Assembly (NCBI GenBank): GCA_002633005.1
Contig: NMRA01000154.1
Location: 688,948 to 752,947, forward strand
Direction: 5' to 3'
DNA: 64,000 nucleotides
Source: Phoronis australis
Lineage: Eukaryota > Animalia > Phoronida
Part shown: positions 38,401 to 51,500 of the stretch, one piece after another
How positions within the stretch are numbered: the stretch's first letter is position 1
How the letters are laid out: every line of letters begins with the position of its first letter
The notes under the pieces: model-generated
The model's input: only the letters and a program-made list of their open reading frames with translations
The model's database searches: none
What the model was told of the DNA's origin: nothing
Position numbers and translations under genes: made by a program

Positions 38401-41400
38401 GTCTCTGTTTCTTTGGTGTTCCTTAACGGAAAATTTGGCATATAGTTATCTGTTAGGGAGATGACGCCAGCTTCCTGTTTTCAAGTGGACTTGACATATT
38501 TTGCGCCATGCATCTAATGATCATTTTTACTGTTTTTGATTCTTTCGGCCAAACCAATCTAAGAATGATCATAAAAACTGGCATATGTGTTTCTACTAGG
38601 AAAGGACGTTTGACGATAATTTTTGGATGGCTTTGACTACTCTGGCAACTCCTAGTGGAAGTTTTGGCTTTTTACATCCTGAGTTGATTCTCCTAAACCC
38701 TCTACAGGATCTTTTTGAAATTTGTTAAATAAATTTCAATGAACACGACAATGGACGACGACGACTTGTGAACATGTGTGACTACTACTGAGGCCCCTAT
38801 TGGCAGTTTTCATTTTCTTAAGATCTTGGTAGGCATGCTCTTATTGAGGAGAGCATTGCTGATTTGCTATGCAGCCGATAGTCTTTTAAGTTCACTTGCG
38901 CCGGTTTCTTTATTGGGATTGTTTCACATATTAGCAGCAGTGCTACATGTGGTGTTCACTGTGGGCGCATATCAAGGCTCTGTGTTGCTCTTGTTTTTAA
39001 TGTTTTATACAGGACTTGGAATTTTCCTCTTTTAAGAGGGTTTCTTCTTTTTTGGCTTCGATTTCCGCTTATTTGATTGCGATTTCCTCTTTCTTCGTCT
39101 TTTTTATCATTATTTTGACCTTACTTATGCAAAAACGTTTATTTCATAAATTTTACACCACTAGAAATATTTCCATCACACCAGCCTATTTATTTATGGA
39201 ACGATACAACATCTGGAAAGTTGTCCTCTTTTTTGTCTTTGGTCATTCCAGGCCCTGATGGTAGTAGTAGCAAACCTCAGAATGCATTGACAAGTGTTTC
39301 TTCTCACTTTGCTGAAGTGTGCATAACATGGCTAAAACTTTGCAAAGTACGAGTTAGGCAGCAGTGATGGTAATCAATTTAATGTGTGCTGTAGTTGTTA
39401 ATTGATCAAAAGTAATTTCCTGTTGTGATAACTAAAAGCAACATAAATTCTTTCTCACAATAGTCATCTGTCATGACTGGTAGATACGTGGAAAGCAAAC
39501 GAGGCAAATATGCTATTCTTTTGTCAGATTTTTAGTGAGATCATAAGTCTTCACTCGTCTTTTATTTTGCAAAGTACTTGTTGTGATACAGAAACAGAAT
39601 TTTGTCGTCAAGCATGTACTGACAAAATACGATTGTAAATTTTCAATCTATTTATCAAAACAATGCATATGCTCAGTACTGCGGTCAGTGGATCAACGCT
39701 AGCATTTAGTGAAGCCATTTTTCTTGATAATTTATGAGGTTCAGTGTTCTCTGTATATTTCCTAGATGGTCACGCCATATATAGAGAGCTGTTGACCAGC
39801 CCTTCATACATTTTGGCTGGTCACTTCATTTATAGAGAGGTTGTGACTTCTATTCACCTTTATCAAACATGTCTCCATCTGTATCCTAATTATTTCTCAG
39901 GACACCTTCCCGTTCGAGCCTCCATTTGTTCGTGTGATCAGTCCAGTCATCAATGGAGGCTATGTGCTAGGTGGTGGCGCCATCTGTATGGAGTTACTGA
40001 CACCTCACGTAAGTGATTACCACGGCTGGCACACTGTGATTGGCAGGAAACTACAGGCCGAGACTGCTGAATGTTTCATCAACAGCAAATTGAATTATCA
40101 TTTTTACCGGGTCTTTGTTGCATTAAGAATGTTCCTGTGTCATAGGTTGTTAATGTCGTGCGGGTAGCTCCCTCTTATGATTAGTTTTGACATGTTTTAT
40201 CAGTGTTTGGTAACGACTATTAAACATTTCTTCAAAGGTCACAAATGACTTCTAATCTGAATGAGGTACAACTGCAGACCAATTTGGTAGCAGTAAAGGG
40301 TTTTCTTCAAAAGTTGAATATTGACTGTTGTTGACATGGAAACTGAATCTAAACACGTGTAGTTGAACTTTTTGATAGTCTGACGTTTGCATAAATATGA
40401 AAACATGAATGTGTAATACTTACCGTCACCTAAATTCTGTGCCTTCTCTGTCTCCTGTAGGGATGGAGCAGTGCCTATAGCTTGGAGAATGTCATCCTAC
40501 AAATCGCAGCTACCCTAGTGAAGGGAAAAGCCCGAATACAGTTCAGTTCCTCCAAGGTAACCTGCCTGCCTCTCATCCACTCAAAGATGTCTCTACTGCC
40601 ATCATTTATGAATCATCTTGTTACAAGCACTGCCTGTATACTTGGAATGACTTGTTAAATTTTTATTGAAATTTTGGTGGAAACTCCAAAAAACGGATGG
40701 AAAGTATTGAATAATTTTGGTGATGGGCAATATTGGCCATCTCAAATTCAAATATTACTAGACAATTAATCGTGTCCGAAATTCTGAAATTAACATGTTA
40801 CGATACAGGCTACTCATGTTTCAATTTGCCATTTATACTCAACACTTCACTTGTTGGAAACATTGCCGACTTTTAGTGATTTGGTACCGTGATAACAAAC
40901 TGAAACAATCCTGTAAACCAATAGCACTCTTCGAGGTATGGCCCAGGTCAGACGGTGGTAGTGTCTGCCTGCGAGGAACTCGCAAGTTGAATAGACACAT
41001 AGATTTGTGCTGGTTATGGATTGCTTTAACCAATCACAGTGAACCAAGTATTAAACTCGTACAATGTTATAAAAAGGCCATGTTTCTACTAATTCTTAAT
41101 ACGGTTAACTTACGAAGCTTTCTGGTGGAAAAGCATATTTATTGTCGTGTAACGCGTCCTGATTATGCAATAGAAATTTCTGATGATGTCACATTGGTTT
41201 GTGGCTAGCATATTCAGGACACCACTTGTCACTGTTAAGTACATTCAGGTCATCACTGGTCAATGTTAGGAACATTCAGGTCACCACTGGTCAGTGTTAA
41301 GGACATTCAGGTCGCCACTGGTCAGTGTTAAGGACATTCAGGTCGCCACTGGTCAGTGTTAAGTACATTCAGGTCACCACTCGTCAGTGTTTAGTACATT

Positions 41401-43248
41401 CAGGTCACCAAGGGTCAGTGCCTAGCATGTTTAGATCATGGATGTTTGTGCACTAGGTCCCTCCAGGTAATGGAGACTTGGAAAACATCTAGTAATGGCC
41501 TGTGTCAATTAGCATCTCGTTTTGGTATCGGAAAGGAAAGCATAAAAAATGGCGATAAAAGTAACCGTATCAATTGCCAAACGATGGCAAGGTGCCATTT
41601 GTCAAATGCATGGTATTTTTTGAGCTTGTGCTGATGTTAATATGCTTTGGCAGCTGGCTTGCAATTTGCGAAAAAGTTAATTTTAGTCACTTGTACTTCA
41701 TGCTTCAACAGGAACAAGCTAAGCAAATGTAACTAACGCAGAATTGTTGTGAAAAGAGAAGCGTCAAATGTTGCACAATGAAGTCATGAAATCGTAATAC
41801 CTGTCACGGACAGGATCATTGGGGATATGCTGGTGCATTAATCCCCTCCCCAGACCATCCCCGTGACAGCAGAAGGCGCAGAACTCCCGGGCTGACGTTG
41901 AAATCGTGTTTACTCTGAGTTAAGAAATATGACCGCTTTCAGTAGTCACTCGGAAATTCGGCTGAGAATTTGACGAGAATATATTTTCTCATTCTTTGAA
42001 ATTCATAATGCTGTCTTCCCAATATTTCAAACTATCTGTTCCAGGGTCAGTACAGTCTAGCCAGAGCCAAGCAGTCTTTCAAATCTCTTGTGCGAATTCA
42101 TGAGAAAAACGGTAAGTTCAGGACATGGTTTTGTAAAACCTACTCTCATATCAAATGCTGGTTTGGCTGTATTTTTGTATTCGCATTGACTTGCCGACAA
42201 GCTGCATTATTTATGATAAAAATTCTCCAGTTTGGGATAGTGGAAAACTGACTATATCGCTCAAAGTTATAGCTTGTGCCAAATTTGAGAGATTTTCAAT
42301 ATTGGGTGTCCCAAATTTAAGGATACTGGCAGCAGTTGTCACTGGCGTTCAGATGATGGCGTAACTGTTTTTGGATGTCCAAATTCATTTTCTGACCCAG
42401 TTTATGCAAAAACATGCAGTGATCACAGTTTCAGAGAAACGATACATGCAAAAATCACCCGTGTCCCAACTTTCAGAATCGGGGAAAATTCCATTTCATC
42501 CAGGATTCTGGGTCCCAAATTTTGTGAGTCTGTCCCAAAGCGGAAAATTTGTTGCCCGTATGTATGCACTCTCAAAGTCAAAATCCCACTTGAGGAGAGA
42601 CACAACTCTACCATCCATGTATGGTTTAGAATGTCGGATATTCACTATCAGATGAAGCTGAAGACATTTGAGCCTCAATGTTATTACATGGCACTGATGT
42701 CTTCAGCTAATTAAATCCTCGTGTTTGTGTTTGCCTCCTTGGAACTGGCCATATAAGTATCATACATTGTAGTGTTGGCTGGAAGGAAAGCCGTTTCATT
42801 GTGAGTCTCTCTCTATAAAGCTGTTTTTAAGATAAACGCAAGAAAAACCAGCACACAGTCATGTTTTTGAAAATTAACGTAATGTTTTTTGAAAATTCAA
42901 ATAAGTTTTGGAGGAATATGGAGAAGTGATACGCAGTGCCAGATTCTAGTGAAATTTATATCAGTGTCGAGCTTTTTCATCCAAGATAAATTGGTAAGGT
43001 TTTGATTGGTAAAATCAATAACCGTGTTGGCGCAATGAGGTTTTAAATGAGTACAGTATTACTGCCCTAGTCTTGCCCCAATAGCCGCTCAACTTCAACA
43101 CTGTCTGGGAGATAAAGCTATCTTTACCATCTGATGGTCAGGTTGGAATGAATTCAGACATTGCGGTGATGAGTGGTCAACAGCCTTGGTAGTTCTGTAA
43201 ATGGTGTTTTTTGCAGGCTGGTTCACACCTCCAAAAGAGGACGGATAA
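29475..43248 (+). CDS. UBE2Q: Ubiquitin-conjugating enzyme E2 Q (UBE2Q1/Q2-like; RWD-like N-terminus, acidic linker, UBC domain), ~365 aa, 11 exons
   Basis: Exons (+): 29475-29636, 32436-32540, 33680-33781, 34207-34298, 35068-35164, 36960-37105, 38083-38173, 39901-40008, 40461-40556, 42045-42111, 43217-43248; 1098 nt in frame. [36 protein letters not shown]; [23 protein letters not shown]; [11 protein letters not shown]; [32 protein letters not shown] (catalytic Cys); [28 protein letters not shown]; [15 protein letters not shown]. Confidence 0.96.
29923..31975. mobile_element. ~2.05-kb non-autonomous hAT-like DNA transposon in UBE2Q intron 1, 5-bp TSD TAAAA
   Basis: Ends CAGGGATATAC / GTATGTCCCTG; subterminal (A)CTCGCCA/GGCGAGT repeats at both ends; TAAAA at 29918-29922 and 31976-31980; no intact transposase ORF. 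Confidence 0.75.
33099..33342. mobile_element. MITE, CATGCGCGCAC TIR family
   Basis: Perfect TIR CATGCGCGCACCCAG / CTGGGTGCGCGCATG. Confidence 0.85.
33457..33673. repeat. 27-bp tandem repeat x8 abutting the UBE2Q exon 3 acceptor
   Basis: CTAGCATATCTAATGAGGGTCAATTCA units, contiguous, no spacers. Confidence 0.95.
33889..34090. mobile_element. Partial MITE, CAGG(G/A)CTTGGAAT family (full copies 39010-39257 and 45399-45646)
   Basis: CAGGGCTTGGAATTTTCCTCTT...; full copies end CATTCCA(G/A)GCCCTG. Confidence 0.7.
35250..35301. repeat. (TG/CG)n microsatellite
   Basis: Direct reading. Confidence 0.9.
35890..36303. mobile_element. TTAA-flanked non-autonomous DNA transposon (Kolobok-like), copy 1
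   Basis: TTAA|AGCCTA...TAGGCT|TTAA; internal sequence shared with 37214-37642. Confidence 0.7.
37214..37642. mobile_element. TTAA-flanked non-autonomous DNA transposon (Kolobok-like), copy 2
   Basis: TTAA|AGTCTA...TAGGCT|TTAA; shares TGTAAATTTGGTTCCTACAG...GAGAATCACCTTTTAATTCAA...GAACTCTCGTTTTCTTATTTT with copy 1. Confidence 0.7.
38205..38830 (-). mobile_element. Degenerate Helentron/HINE-like element (reverse orientation)
   Basis: CCCCTA(T/G)TGG(C/A)AGTTTT subrepeats and a GTGCACCCACATAT terminus shared with 51870-52443 and 63037-63380. Confidence 0.5.
39010..39257. mobile_element. MITE, CAGG(G/A)CTTGGAAT family
   Basis: CAGGACTTGGAAT...CATTCCAGGCCCTG terminal inverted repeats. Confidence 0.75.
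41210..41422. repeat. 31-bp tandem repeat x~7
   Basis: ACATTCAGGTCACCACTGGTCAGTGTTAAGG contiguous units. Confidence 0.9.
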
Positions 43249-43518
43249 CTCCGTGGACTGTGCGCAGACCGACTTGTTCAGCGTGGCTGATGTCTCATTT
43301 CTTTTGTATTGACACACATCGACTTTTTTCCGACACCAAGGAGTGGTTAGTTTCCATTGGTGCTTGATAGTCGGCCAAGCTCACAGTTACTATGGGGATA
43401 TATTGGCGGGTTTTGGCGTGGTGACATTCTTCAGGTGTGTTAACCAACAAATAGTGGTGCTTCATCCTACATGATGTGTATAGACTGCTGCTGTATTGGC
43501 CTCCTTGCAGTTAGAAGT

Positions 43519-43747
43519 TATGCGCGCACTCAGAGGGGGTTCGAACGAGCCCCCCTATTTGGCGAAGTGGGCAAAAAGAAAAAGTAGAAAGTGGGACATA
43601 AGTCCACTAAAAAGGCAGGAACTACCAAATTTTGACGAATACACAATTCATAGCTGTGAACGTACCCCGTGAATCGTCCTGTTTTTAAGCGAAAGGTCCA
43701 CTCTCTAAAATTGGAGCCTCCCAATTTTTAGGCTGGGTGCGCGCATG
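43519..43747. mobile_element. MITE, CATGCGCGCAC TIR family, downstream of the UBE2Q stop (possibly in the 3' UTR)
   Basis: TATGCGCGCACTCAG...GGCTGGGTGCGCGCATG. Confidence 0.8.
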
Positions 43748-45398
43748 AAAGCATTTTGAGACGGCTCATTCAGAATCTTGTGATCGTAACAAAGTTGTTC
43801 ACTATGATTTTACTGGAACTTGAATGCTAGTTGTTTGTTCAAAATATTCCTTCCGCTTCTTTTCAATTAAAAAATTCATAAAAGGTATTCAACACTAATC
43901 CAGTCTAGTTTAAATTTATTACCAAATGGTGCTCTTTCGAGGTGAAAGTTGAATGATTTCAGAATAACGAGAACTAAATGTCAAGCATTCATAATAATTG
44001 TTGAATTTCTGGTTGCCTCTCTTGAACAGCATTATATAAATTTCCAGTAAACTAAACACAAACACATTTTAAGTTGTACGGTTTTTATGTTAATGAGGTC
44101 TCTTCATTTGTAATATGTGAAAATGAAGATATGTAGTGGTTCTTTAAAATGTGAAACTCTGCAGCGAATATAATTAAGTCTCAAAATTACAACCTTTGAA
44201 CTTTTTAATCATAACTCTCATTTTAGCATTAAAAAATGTACAGTTTGAGGGAAAGTAATATATTGCGTCATCAACTGGCCATTTTTATGGGGGAACCAGT
44301 GTCTATGTGGGTTTGTGGCAGGTGTAAAACTTTTTGAATTCTCTTTTGTTTTCGATTGTACCAACCAAATGCTGTTTTACATCAACAGTGCATTCCTAAT
44401 CGAGTGCATGTCCGTTTTGAGATGTCAAGGTCAAACACGACACACTTTAAGGTGACAACTCTCGTATGTGGCCTGGCACTGTTAGCATGTGACAAAATCT
44501 GCTCATGAAAAAGTTGGCAACTTTGACAATGCATAACATGACATGGAGTGAGGTGACTTGGGCAAATGTCCATGAATTATGGAGTGGGACGACATTGTTA
44601 TCTCCCCTGTGGAAAGTTTCACCGTAGGTCAACGGAACTTTGTCGCACTCCCCAAGTTTTAGACTCAAACTTTATCCGTTTTCTCAACTGGATGTCTCAA
44701 GATTTTCATGCTTTTCCCAAGTATACCATGTAAATGGTCACTGGTACCCATCATCACGCCCGATATTGGTCTGTCTAAGTCCAGACACAGCAATAGACAA
44801 ACAACTGCGTAATTTATGTGGGTTTGGTGTTGGCAAATAAGCTTGCACATTTCATAGTAGAGCTGTGAGACCAGCGTTTTTAAAAGGTCGATTAACATAA
44901 CCTAAGCAATCACTTGGTCACGAATTGTCTTGAAAGTATTTGTTACAAGGCCAAAGGAAGCATAGTTGGTACTGGGGTGTTTTTAAAAGCAGAATCTGAG
45001 GGGTTTTTTGTTGATCACTATTTCGGCAAAGAAAATCCACTCGCAGGATGCTTGGCAAATCTTGGCATTTCAAATCTTGCGTGAGTGGCATTGTGCAGCT
45101 TGCTGATAAAGAATGCAATATCTTCATTCTTGGCTGAAATTAAGATGTTTTTTAGTTAACGACTGCAGGTCTCAACATGAGTTGTGGGGGGGTGTACAGA
45201 CCAGGACCAACTATGTTTTGGTATAATAGACACAAGGGTCGTGCACAGCTAAGTTGTGATCTGTAAAACTGGAGCAGGGTGGTTCGACTGGTTTTTGGAG
45301 AAAAGTGAAGCCTTGGGTTTGTATTGTCCTGGGTCATGAATCGTGCATTGTCTGTTAACATAAATGGGACATTTCATCACTTGAATGCATTAAGTTAC

Positions 45399-45646
45399 CA
45401 GGACTTGGAATTTTCATTTTTAAGAGGATTTCCCCTTTTTGGTTTCAATTTCCTCTCATTTGAGTTCCAGTTTCCTCGTTTTTCTTTTTTATCATTATTC
45501 GGACTTTATTAATGCAAAAACATACATTTCTTGCAGTTAATCTTTTAACACAAAAATATTTCTATCACATAACCCTATTTGTGTGTTGAACGAAACACCA
45601 CCTGGAAAATTTTCTTCTTTTTTTGTCATGGGTCATTCCAAGCCCT
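45399..45646. mobile_element. MITE, CAGG(G/A)CTTGGAAT family
   Basis: CAGGACTTGGAAT...CATTCCAAGCCCTG. Confidence 0.75.
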
Positions 45647-46514
45647 GTGTTAAACAGCTCTGGTTGTTTAGGAACTGTCTGTGTATGTCATGTACTAAAA
45701 TGTCCATTTAGACCTCCTCATGACTAGCCAGGCCTCTCACTGGGTGTACTGTGAGCGTTAAATGTTAAAATACACATTCTCTGTTATAATTCTTGTTCAT
45801 AACTCACTAACGTTTTACTCAAAGTTTTGTGTTCAGTTTTCTAGTCAAATATTGAAGGAACATGAAAATATGTGAAACAGTGTACCAGGAGAGACATCTG
45901 TTGTCAGATTGTCCATATATATTACTGGTAAACAGATGGACATTGAGTAAAAGTTGTGCAAGAATACTAACACTAGGCACAGTGCACAGAAGTTCCTATG
46001 AGTTGCTTATAACATCAAATAATAATACGTTATTTAGTGTATTGTATAGCAAAACGCTGACAATGTTACAAAAGTCTATATAATAATGCAAAGGACTGAC
46101 AATAATACAAAAGTCTATATAATACGTTATCTTTGGTGAAAACATCATGTATAATATTGCAGAAATACCCTAAAGACATAAACTTGCTCCATAACAAATC
46201 TGAACACCTGCATATGAATCCTGCTTAAACATCAACCCAAAAGCGTCCCTAGCTGTCCAGTGAAAACTATTTAATTGAAAAAATGCAAGAGAAACTCAAT
46301 GTTTTAACGCTGATTCATACATACAATTGGCTATGCACCGTATTGATAGCAATGTTCTAGTCAATATCACTAATGCCACAATGCACAAAAGATCACTAAG
46401 ATAAGTGGTTAGTGGTCAACTTTTGTAAGCATTGTAATGACCTACATAAAAACAGGGTGATCGTTACCGATCATTGTTGACAGAAGAGCCACAAGAATAA
46501 CACCAATTAGGACA

Positions 46515-46755
46515 GCATGTCCTGATAGGACTAGACAGGTGACTTAGACTCAGAGCACACAGAGCCAGCCCAACCAGACGTGTACAGACAGCGTGTCCTG
46601 ACAACCAGACAAGTGACTGGGTTCAGGGCAAACAAGACACCATGTCCTGACATTACCAGACGGGTGACTAGGCTCAGAGCACACAGACAGCACAACCAGA
46701 CGTGTACACAGACGGCCTGTCCTGACGTGAGCAGGCAAGTGACTACAGACTAGGA
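46515..46755. repeat. Imperfect tandem repeat (~125-bp higher-order unit x2)
   Basis: TGTCCTGA...AGAC..GTGACT...CTCAGAGCACACAGA..CAGC.CAACCAGACGTGTACA repeated. Confidence 0.7.
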
Positions 46756-48399
46756 GAAACTCCGGCAATCACTTTGCAGAAATAAACTCTGAAATAAGTC
46801 TCGGTGAAACTGGGCGATGTGACTGCCATATTTGCTGGTAGTCGCGTTTAGATTTAAATTATCACTTATTAACTAAAGCCAAATATGACTACTGGGTTCA
46901 CAAGAACAACACGTGCCCACCATGTGCATCGCAACTGGTAAAGTTACAAGGCATGTGTTGCACACATACTGTCACACTCGTTTCAAGTAGAGAGACAATA
47001 TATGCTGCGAACACATTTAGTGACCAGATGACATTATGTGTAGGGATTAACAGTAGACCGGGCCAAAAGTCATCATCGTATGTCATCATATTCATAGGAA
47101 CACACTGCCAAGTTTAACAAAGATCTTGCAAAGGGTTTAACAGATATAGATGCTGGATGGAGGCCACTGAGGCAGACACATAGCAAACCTCAATATGTCA
47201 ATACACACCCACATAACACACTTGTATGTGGGAGCATATTAACAGTATTAAAGATAGTTTTCAAAGAATACTGTTTGTGTTTTGCTTCTGCCTGCCCACA
47301 AAATGTCAGTTCCACTCATTTCAGAAGGTTATTTCTGCACTGCATTGGCCCGTGTGGGTTCAGACTGTACGCCCTGACAGAGCTAAATAATGGCAATATG
47401 CAGCCACTTACGCACACGATGTATGGGCGCATTGCAATTCTTTGATATGCAAGGAACAGAAGCGTCAACGACATGTGACCTCTCTCATAGTCCAAAATTC
47501 TCTCACTACATGGTAAATCAACAAACTGTTTGTCAAACAGACTGGCCTAAAATGATTGTACGTTATACTAGAATTGTGTAAAGCCTACAAGAATCACAAA
47601 CTACTTTTGGTCCAATTCCTAATACCAGGCAAATGGACTGGAATGTTTACTTTTAATTAGCATATAAAAATACGTTTAACAAAAATAAATAGCCTATTGG
47701 CCAAGAATAAATAGCTTAGTGCATTAAATCAATATAACTACTTCACGTTAATAAGTTATTTTTAAGAATGGTTACAAATAGACTACCAAAAGTAGCTGGC
47801 TATGCTAGTATGTGGTGGGCACCATATACTAGGCTAGAGTTTACATAGACATGAGCCACATATTATCTTCGTGTACCTTAGCACTGGGGGAAAAGCTAAA
47901 ACCACATACTAAAGCTTGTAAGAATATGGGTCACAAACAATCATAAGCACTTGGATATCATGTGATTGTAGTACTGCTGAACAAGGGTAGGTCCCTACAC
48001 GTCTCGAGCATTGCCTGCAGCAAGTGGAAAATTGGAATGAAAAATGAACCCAAAATTTGGGGCGTGTATAAAATCATGAACACAATTGGTGCTTCTCTGT
48101 TTCTATTCAGTGTTCAAAAATTGCAAACATTATGACACTGGCTGACCATGAAACGTCAGCGCAAAGTGTTGTCTACCTGACTGATAGTTACAACATTATA
48201 CACACATACAGACGTATCTAACCTTAGTGGGAATGTGGCAGTAATCAAGGCACCACAATCTTTTTCACTGCTAACATGTAACGGTGACAAGAATAACAAC
48301 TAAAAATAAAAATTTCCACAACATCCTTAGGAATTACATACAGTTGTTAATATTGTTCAAGTTTGTAAATAATCAGTACTATACCAAAATAAGAAGAAC

Positions 48400-48405
48400 T
48401 TTATT
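48400..48405 (-). promoter_or_regulatory. Candidate poly(A) signal of the Hv-family gene
   Basis: AATAAA on minus strand ~100 nt after the stop. Confidence 0.35.
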
Positions 48406-48501
48406 AAATCACTTGTTTCCAAATGCCACCAACAGGTGCCATTAGCGGGCTGTAGTTAAGGCCAGGTCACCAAGGCTTTGTAGAGTATACACAGTCCTTT
48501 T

Positions 48502-51500
48502 CTAGAGTGACGTCATTGGGATACCATCCTAGAAACAAGACCATCATGTCAATCATACATAAATATTAAGAACATTGTGTCAATCATACAGAAATATCAA
48601 AATGATATTTGCCACACGGATAAACACGTTTTTCTATACTTCACTCCTAAAACCATTCAAAGTGTTTTAACTAGGGCAATTGACTATCCTTCTTAACAAG
48701 GGTCATTTTTTGCCACATATCAAAATACAAAATCTTAACATACAAAACCAGGCATGTTTAAAATTTTTGGTAACCACATAAACACAAGCACACAGTGTCT
48801 GCATGTTTGTGGTTACCTGACTAATATTTCTGCTCATAAATTTTCATACTTTCCTAACTTCCAAAAACATGAAATTTTCGCCAAAATTTCTTCATTCTAT
48901 GCAGTACAAAAGCTTGCCTGGAACGTTCTTTTAAGCTCCTTCAGCCTGAGAACATGGTTTGAAAAACAAAAAATAACATTATATGATAAATTTCGGTCTT
49001 TATTTTTGTGCCAGCTCAGCTGTCATACAAAGAGGTCTACTTTAAAAAATTCCAAAAACATTTTGTAACTAACAGTCAGACTGAATAGGTCGGATTTGCA
49101 AGTTAATTAGTACCTCTGAAGAATAATAAATGTTCATCGTAATAAAGTACCTCTGTAGCGTAATATTGTCAATTGTAACTGGTATCGCTGAAAAGTAACA
49201 AATTTTGTGCGGAAATGTAATAAGTACCTCTGACGTGTAATAGTGCTCACTGAACCCCTCCAACATGTTCCCCTCTACTGTTTGCCTGATATCTGCCAGA
49301 TGTTCTTCTACAGTTCCAGCTTCGTCTAGCTCAAATGCTGCATTCTCGTAGGAATATTTACCATCGGGACCGTCACCTGCGAAGGAAGTTATAGTGTCGA
49401 GTTATTAAGACTGAGAATACAAGCCAACATTTCCAAACTTGAACCTGGAAATACTCAGGACTAGGATTATGTAGTGGAGACTACAACATTCAAGGAGAGA
49501 ATCAACCTATCCCCCCAACCTATGCAAGTGCTAACCTTTATACCCAACCCAGATTTCTGGGTAGAACCAACTGGTCATCATTGCTTGACACCAGACTAAG
49601 TAAGTCACTGTGACTAGTCACTGTGCACACAAAGCCGTTTCATTGCATGATTTTCACTACTTTCATGATATAATCATGAGGGACCTAATACAGGTGAAAA
49701 TTCAAGCCAAAAATTTCTCAATGAAGCGCAAGTTTCAATTACCCCCATTCCCTGCCAACACAACAGAGAGCCATCTGGCTGGGCTGCCAACAGTCAACAA
49801 GCACATTATAGTTTTATGACATAATGAAGTCATAAGGGATTGCAAAGGTGACCAAGCAGCCCAAGCAGCTGGACTGAATTCATTGGACTATTGTGTTCGC
49901 ATTAGGAAACTCCAACCTTTGGATGATTGTCATCCCACAAGCAATATACCTGGACTGGGTTTATCATGACTATCACAAAAATTCAATCTTATGGAATGAT
50001 TGAAACTACAAAGCTTAATGTCATGGTATAACTATCACAACAGTATTCACTACTACAGTCAGAATCACTCAACAGGAAAGATTACCTTGTGAACTGTGCT
50101 CCTTTTCAGCCATTCCTTTTGAGAGACCCTGTACTTGAGCCTTGGTTTCTACTTGTTCTGGACTAGACTGCAGAATGGCTGCACTGCCTGGGGAGTCTGC
50201 CAAGTGTTTCTTTGGAACTCTCTCATCCATGTGTAGCACTGACTGAGTTTGATGCATCTTACCCTGTTAAAGAATGGAGGCAACACTTGAGGCTTATAGC
50301 AGTTATTAAATGACTCCATTAATTTCACTTGGCCACAGCCAAGACTCACTACTTAGGGGACTATGCCATGAAAACTTTGTATTTGCCAAAAATATATTGC
50401 AGGGTTTAATTGTTTAAGATTGCATAATACAGTGAAATTTTCGAGGAAACCCGTGACAGATAGTCAGACACACTTAAAGCTACAGAGAGTACTACCTTAA
50501 ACAATTTAATTCATTTTGTTTGCACTACATTTGAGATAATTTAAGTTTTTTTAATGTTACTGTCTCTAAATTTTCAAATAGTGGAGTCAGTCTTTTCTCG
50601 ATTGCCAGGATTGTCGATAAGGCGAACAGGATTTACGCATAGACTATAGACAACAGATTTGCTGCTCCGACATTTTCTTGCGTACTATCCTAGGAGGCGC
50701 CACTCTCCTAAATTACCAATTTAAGTTTCCGTTTAGTGTATTGTGACAGGAAATTCTCGCATTTATTTTACTGTCAAGTACAACTGAATTTAACTGTTTA
50801 CAAAAAAAAATAATTTCGGCACTGTAACGCTGTTCAAAGTCTTCCAATAATAGAACTGTTTGTATCGTGAGTACTTTTGGCACCTGACCACACAACGGCC
50901 GACCATGATTAGCAGACGACGTACTTGCCGGAAATAAAACATGCTAATTTGGTCAGGAGTCGCTAGTCAACAATGACGTCAAGGCTTATGTACAAGATCA
51001 CAGATTTTGTTCATTGAAAATATACCGAGTTGGCGGTCCATGAACTATAGTAGTCTACGGTTTATGCTGTTCTTAAAACTTTTTACTTGAAATTACAGGT
51101 GTATGGAGATTTAACTTGAAGCAAACACAGTCACCTTCTTGCTTAAATGCCCAAGTCAGGAAGTCAATGACTGTCTTTGGCTGCCTAGCGAACATTTCTG
51201 GTTTAATATTACGCACTCAAAGAGCAAGCTGTGGTCACATACCCTTGATAGCTCAAGTCCCATGCCACAGTCGATCTTGGCACGTTGAGTTTAGTAAAAT
51301 AATGGAGTAAAAGCAAAACGTCACATGTACGCACGCACACAAAACCAAATGAATCAAAATGTAGGGATATTAAGCTAATATATTACCCAAGAACTCTATC
51401 AATTGAAGTATTACCCAGAACAGGTGACCGTGGTAATTAATAACTCAATGATATGCGTTCATATTACATAATGTTCATCTAAATCAGTTGAAGGGCATAG

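Noticed and set aside
41210-41422. 31-bp repeat array as possible CRISPR
   Set aside because: No spacers; ordinary minisatellite. The same applies to 10628-10875, 16260-16590 and 55755-55992.
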